In this document: piece by piece, positions 40,701-64,000 of the stretch | How the letters are laid out: each line of letters starts with the position of its first letter | Numbering within the stretch: position 1 is the first letter of the stretch | DNA from: Hormiphora californensis | Lineage: Eukaryota; Animalia; Ctenophora | Direction of reading: 5' to 3' | Length of the DNA stretch: 64,000 nt | NCBI GenBank assembly: GCA_020137815.1 | Contig: CM035357.1 | Span: forward strand, 5,394,001 to 5,458,000 | The notes under the pieces: generated by a model | The model's database searches: none | Told to the model about the DNA's origin: nothing | The model's input: only the letters and a program-made list of their open reading frames with translations | Program-made: the position numbers and the translations under genes

Positions 40701-42629
40701 TCATTAGTGTTATCTGAGTGGGTGGTTACGGTGTTAGTGTTATCATTAGGAGTAGGCAAAGGAGCCGAGTATAAAAAATATCTGATTGATAAAGCAGTAG
40801 GTACTTATATTATTCAAGAAAACACGGTGACTTTTGGGGCTGTCGCATTGCCACCACAGTTGAATTTAATTCGAATAATACTTGTTCATATATAATGTTC
40901 GCAAAAGGCAAGCTTCCCCTCGTCCGACCCGAAGTTGGAATCATATGGGTTTAGTTTGTCGAACCGGCAAGTTGCTAACATGTTTCAAATCTTCACTACT
41001 TCTCAAATGATCCCATACTTTCAGTCTAATCCCAAAATCCTATTAAAAATAGAGACAAAAATAACGGCACCAAACTGTGAAATGCCCTTGCATTAGTGCG
41101 AGTAGAATAAAATCAATTTTCTATCTAAAGGCCGAGTTTATAGCAAGAAAGGACTATTTTACAACGAATTCTCTGGTTAGTATGGTAACCAACTCCGTTG
41201 TCATGGTAAATCAATCGAACTCTATCGAGTTCTATCGCCAGCAACTGGATGAAAATTTATCCATTTCATTATGCACAATGCACAGGCTTTGGTTACGAAG
41301 TTACCCCTTGCCAGCGTGTGCACGCGAAGGTCGCCCGGCGACAGAGTGTCAGGTGTCTTCGATACCAAGCACAGGCTTGTGTAACAAAAAGGGGCGTTTT
41401 TATAGCTTATTGTTCATCATAACCTGAAATAAATAATTTTCATTACTTTCACAAAGGCTCAAAGTTTGAATATCAAATTTGCCAAAACTGTGCAGGGGCA
41501 AATTGGTGCAGGAGCAAAAGTTTTAATTGATTATAATTAATTAATTAATTAGAAAATCAAAAATCCGGCTCCGTTATGACTCGTAGTTATACTACTAGAA
41601 CATACATGCAAAGTTTCATTTCGAAATTTCAAACGGTGTGGCCACAGTTTGAATATCAAAGTTGCAAAAAATGTGCATGGGCAAACAAAATGGTGCAAGG
41701 GCACATGTTCAGGGGAAATTTGCACAAATTGTGCAGGGGCAAATTTTAATTAATTTGCCTATAATTAATTACCTAATTGATATATTAATCATACGGCTCT
41801 TCTAGTACTCGTAGTTATGCTACTAGAACATGCATAGAAAGTTTCGTGTCAAAATATTAAACGGTGTGGACACAGTTCGATCATAAAATTGGTGCAAGGG
41901 CAGCCCTTGCACCAATTTCCCTTGCACATTGCCTGCCCCTGCACCAAATTCCATTTTTTGCACGGCTCTAACTAACTAATTAATTAATCAAGTCGATATT
42001 TTAAGCAGAACGGAAAATAGAATTTGGTGCAAGGGCGCGGTGCAAGGGACAGAACACGCAATGTGCAGGGGCACGGTGCCCTTGCACCGTTTTTAATTAC
42101 CTATAATTAATTAATTAATTAAAAATTCAAAAATCCGCCAACGTCATGACACAAAGGAATACTACAAGAACATGCCTACAAAATTTCAAGTCGATATCTC
42201 AAACGGTGTGGCCACAATCGTTGACATGTTTTTTGCCCCCCCCCCCCCCCCCCAAAAAAAGACCTTTCTTTGTTCTTAATAGGGCCGGCATTTTTGGGTT
42301 TTTGTGCAGGGGCAAAAAATTTTTTTTCTTTTTTTCGTTTTTTGCTGTTTTCTTCGGGTCGGAGGTGCCTGCCGGCACCTAAATATCTGGTGTGTCTCGA
42401 CAATTAAACCCCATATTTCCTACCCTATTTTCAGATAAAACGAAGGGGCAACAAGTGTGGCTGTAAACCCTCGCAAACGGAGAAAAGTGAAACTGAATGC
42501 ATCGAGAGTAAAGCAGACGCTGTAGTTGCGGAAATAGACTTTTCGGGAAAATTCAGTAGGAGTGGGTGTAAGAAGGTCTATACGAAGGTTAATCTTGTGT
42601 GTCCGTTAGATAAGCGTGTTGAACTTTGA
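19752..42629 (+). CDS. Torsin (ER-lumenal AAA+ ATPase), 8 coding exons
   Basis: Exons 19752-19873, 19994-20105, 21947-22071, 22240-22342, 22757-22925, 23060-23165, 40542-40650 and 42435-42629 join in phase. Features: signal peptide, YECC, LFGQHIA, torsin Walker A GKTGTGKN, Walker B VVVDEVEK, DFRNTIFIFLSN, IPMLPLERRHVKMC, sensor-II FSRSGCKKV, C-terminal RVEL*. Confidence 0.95.
20208..21809. mobile_element. Non-autonomous element with ~250-bp inverted repeats and an internal 76-bp tandem repeat (torsin intron 2)
   Basis: ~20215-20468 is the reverse complement of ~21548-21803. GTCTGGCG occurs at 20200-20207 and 21810-21817 (candidate 8-bp TSD). The 76-bp unit repeats about 4.5 times at ~20895-21248. 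Confidence 0.75.
22507..22637. mobile_element. Small MITE (GGGGCGATTCAAAAAG TIR)
   Basis: ggggcgattcaaaaagaacgt ... acgtcctttttgaatcgcccc inverted termini. Confidence 0.65.
23620..24474 (-). CDS. Constant exon of a rhodopsin-like (class A) GPCR: second half of TM2 through TM7 and C-tail
   Basis: Acceptor cttttgtctccccag|GTG is phase 0. TM3 Cys (NCKHKE), DRY-equivalent AVRVIFVLRPLDY, ECL2 Cys (KYCGY), TM5 FVLPV..LY, TM6 LPWLP, TM7 LSPLAY (NPxxY-like), helix 8 LRREL. No TM1 and no leading ATG of its own. Confidence 0.92.
   Translation of the reverse strand: MFLMLTIVVYWSLGLSPIKLKSETNCKHKEIIQNIALTLPSYFIVMITAVRVIFVLRPLDYHRYLQLRYQTLAVFLIILVVTGISAFPLTGICGIHLHEDEVIGKYCGYGEEGMECEVYKIVVILTCFVLPVTAIFILYSIIHITVLKSRKKVAHLTNGFKTSSTGVTSSSGGGGGGSINASTNTTATITKISKMRNQIPWCIVFVVVLYIVSTLPWLPTRVYPRYIQGVLKSKGYSLLVFDILYSSLLLCTALSPLAYLVTSQTLRRELVVILRHAKNRLLCR
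25507..28493 (+). mobile_element. 5'-truncated non-LTR retrotransposon (CR1/L2-group LINE), reverse transcriptase ORF2
   Basis: ORF ending 28461 with AAGPDGIP, NYRPVSLT, QHGFRRGKS, LDYSKAFDRVDH, SGVPQGSVLGPFLF, FADD and LEYCCPLWSP. 3' (gtaa)-type tail; GTTT on both sides; no endonuclease domain. Confidence 0.95.
25684..26385. mobile_element. MITE inserted into the LINE ORF
   Basis: TIR GGGGGGGTTCCCATGGTATACTTTGG with (taccaaagta)n subterminal repeats. TSD CCAAATAG (8-9 bp). Removal restores KPRRGKPNRVRKLARKK. Confidence 0.88.
29479..29813 (-). CDS. GPCR variable exon V2 (5' start apparently disrupted)
   Basis: WPNPF...ENPF...VWLSRV-TM1-HVSVMTYVISM|gtaaat, phase 0. ATG 29813 is out of frame, and the in-frame ATG 29823 is followed by TGA. 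Confidence 0.75.
30098..30248. mobile_element. TA-flanked MITE
   Basis: TIR AAGTCGGATTTTTTGAAACTGTCACCCCC, TA on both sides. Confidence 0.8.
30406..30864 (-). CDS. GPCR variable exon V3
   Basis: ATG, MAPTWPRGG...LFNPF...RLWLSMILS-TM1-VFLSVLCYAISM|gttagt, phase 0. Confidence 0.85.
31119..31445 (-). CDS. GPCR variable exon V4
   Basis: ATG, MADYYY...FINPH...RLWISMST-TM1-LHFSIMFYTLSM|gtaggt, phase 0. Confidence 0.85.
31894..32130 (-). CDS. GPCR variable exon V5
   Basis: MSQDYIPP...IPNAF...LWVTMVTS-TM1-LYLSVLSYASSQ|gtaatt, phase 0. Confidence 0.85.
32896..33237 (-). CDS. GPCR variable exon V6
   Basis: MDNNNEIPNPF...IPNPF...QWVTMVTS-TM1-LYLSVLAYALSM|gtaggt, phase 0. Confidence 0.87.
33735..34086 (-). 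CDS. GPCR variable exon V7 (1-bp insertion at ~33932 relative to V8)
   Basis: MAPETNES...IPNPF...SLPPS, then a frameshift, then NWTGGG...QWVTIVTS-TM1-LAYASSQ|gtaaga, phase 0. Confidence 0.8.
34961..35305 (-). CDS. GPCR variable exon V8
   Basis: MTLNKNVS...VPNPF...LWVTMVTS-TM1-LAYASSQ|gtaatt, phase 0. Confidence 0.87.
35750..36001 (-). CDS. GPCR variable exon V9 (possible signal peptide)
   Basis: MIMIVTMILVIGRG...IVNPF...QWITMTT-TM1-IYLAVLVYALST|gtaagt, phase 0. Confidence 0.83.
36430..36684 (-). CDS. GPCR variable exon V10 (most distal)
   Basis: MTAEGRDM...IPNPF...FVTTVTS-TM1-VYFPMLVYASST|gtacgc, phase 0. Confidence 0.8.
36748..37211. mobile_element. Non-autonomous DNA transposon (CAGGGCCC TIR)
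   Basis: CAGGGCCC...GGGCCCTG with GCAGA duplicated on both flanks; internal ggggtctagggggcgaagccccc motif. Confidence 0.6.
37984..38084. repeat. ~100-bp imperfect hairpin (MITE-like)
   Basis: gttgaaacaaggcagggga...gaagtgac is inverted as gtcacttc...ccttgtttcaac. Confidence 0.7.
38920..40066 (-). CDS. Nested secreted/surface protein: signal peptide, unknown ~135-aa domain and a Sushi/CCP-like domain; 3' end unresolved; 1-bp frameshift near 39888
   Basis: Exon 40003-40066 MRYLLIPLLLEIALFYNASAA; exon 39500-39914 DWIPV..MIPWELESNPLEIKTDS...DTASESYR; exon 38920-39111 CPGFSVNGS...IECERKHILLGVESLRCQEDGTWNSP..C. All introns are phase 1. Confidence 0.75.
39193..39453. mobile_element. Palindromic MITE-like insertion in an intron
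   Basis: gcacacacctac...ctagacacaccagc is inverted as gctggtgtgtctgg...gtaggtgtgtgc. Confidence 0.7.
41440..42380. repeat. Internally repetitive interspersed element (tgcaggggca / aattaattaatt modules) in the last torsin intron
   Basis: Three diverged modules sharing aaatccggc...tactagaaca...aaacggtgtggccaca. Confidence 0.55.
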
Positions 42630-43486
42630 GGGACTGCGAGGAATGTGATTATTAGAAGAAGGGATATCATTCAATGTATTTTAATTGGTTTTTCATTTTC
42701 TGTTTGTGTGAATCGGATGCTCTTAATTTGTATCAAACTATTTAAATCCCTAATGGAACCTAATACATGTGACGGGCAAAAGGGAAGTAGAATGAATTGT
42801 GTGCATTTCCGGCGACTGAACTCGCGTTTATTCTGCACTCTGCAGTAGTGAACCCTTGAATCTTTACTGCGTAGCGCGCGGATAGGTTGTTATGAATAAA
42901 GGACCCCATTCAACCGCGCGCACACTGTCTTTCGCGCTAGACTGACCCACGCTAAAACTTGGAAGTTCATGTTCCAACCCGTTGACTGTCAAGTGACAAC
43001 TGACACCACGGTGACACTGTCAGTTTGACAGTGGTTCCCACGGTAATCAGGAACAATGACCACACCAGTTAACTAATTGTGTGGGAACTTAGAACTAACT
43101 TAAACACGGCGATTTCTTTTCTCTGGCAACTTGAGAATATATCAATACAAAATCAGTAAATATTAGAAATACAGTCAACAAAAAAGAAAAAAACATAAGA
43201 AAGTAGGGCTATGCGGGGGAGGGGATGCAATGTATAACATATCTCTCTGTAGAAACTAGGGAAGAAAAAACGTGCTTGGGACGTGCTTTCCTAAGACATT
43301 TTGAGCTACGAAAACTTCTCCCGATCCCATACTTTCTCTCTTTTTCTTTTTGCCTCTTTCTTGTACGACTTGACACAAACAAAAATACACACACACACAC
43401 AAGATCACAGGGATGTTCCTAACATACACGTGGTGGTCTTTATACATTCCTTAGTAGCAAATAACTCCCAATCCATACCTCTATTC

Positions 43487-43737
<251 letters not shown>

Positions 43738-43820
43738 TCCCTTCTTCACTCTACCGACTCCCTCGATCCATATCTTTGCATACAATACACTGGGTTAAAA
43801 AACAGTCGCCCCACAACCCC

Positions 43821-63891
<20,071 letters not shown>

Positions 63892-64000
63892 CTGTAACAA
63901 CAATATCTAGTGAGGCGAGGTTAGTACATGTACGAAGAGGAGGGGGGAGGTTTAGTTCACTAAAAGGTTCACAGGATCATGAATATCGAAGAATACACGA

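Overview
Eukaryotic (animal) genomic DNA with GT-AG introns, not prokaryotic. Nested antisense genes and a 'PWELESNPLEIKTDS'-type secreted domain suggest a ctenophore (inference only). Genes: the 3' part of an unknown acidic, repeat-rich protein (+, 1-4131); transketolase (-); a sulfotransferase with a Pro-rich N-terminal extension (+); torsin (+, 19752-42629); an ARHGAP39/Vilse-like MyTH4-RhoGAP (-, 43821 to beyond the window). Main result: the 17.4-kb sixth intron of torsin (23166-40541) holds, antisense, a class A GPCR locus built like a clustered protocadherin or UGT1A locus. Ten tandem variable exons (divergent N-terminal ectodomain with an NPF motif, TM1 and the start of TM2) each end in a phase-0 GT donor. 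They all fit one constant phase-0 exon (23620-24474) encoding the rest of TM2 through TM7. Variable exon V1 is split by a triple-nested insertion (MITE inside LINE inside foldback element), and excising it restores the reading frame. Many MITEs and satellites are present. About 49.3-51.8 kb and 55-62 kb look like low-quality, homopolymer-inflated sequence. Coordinates were read by hand and may be off by a few bases.
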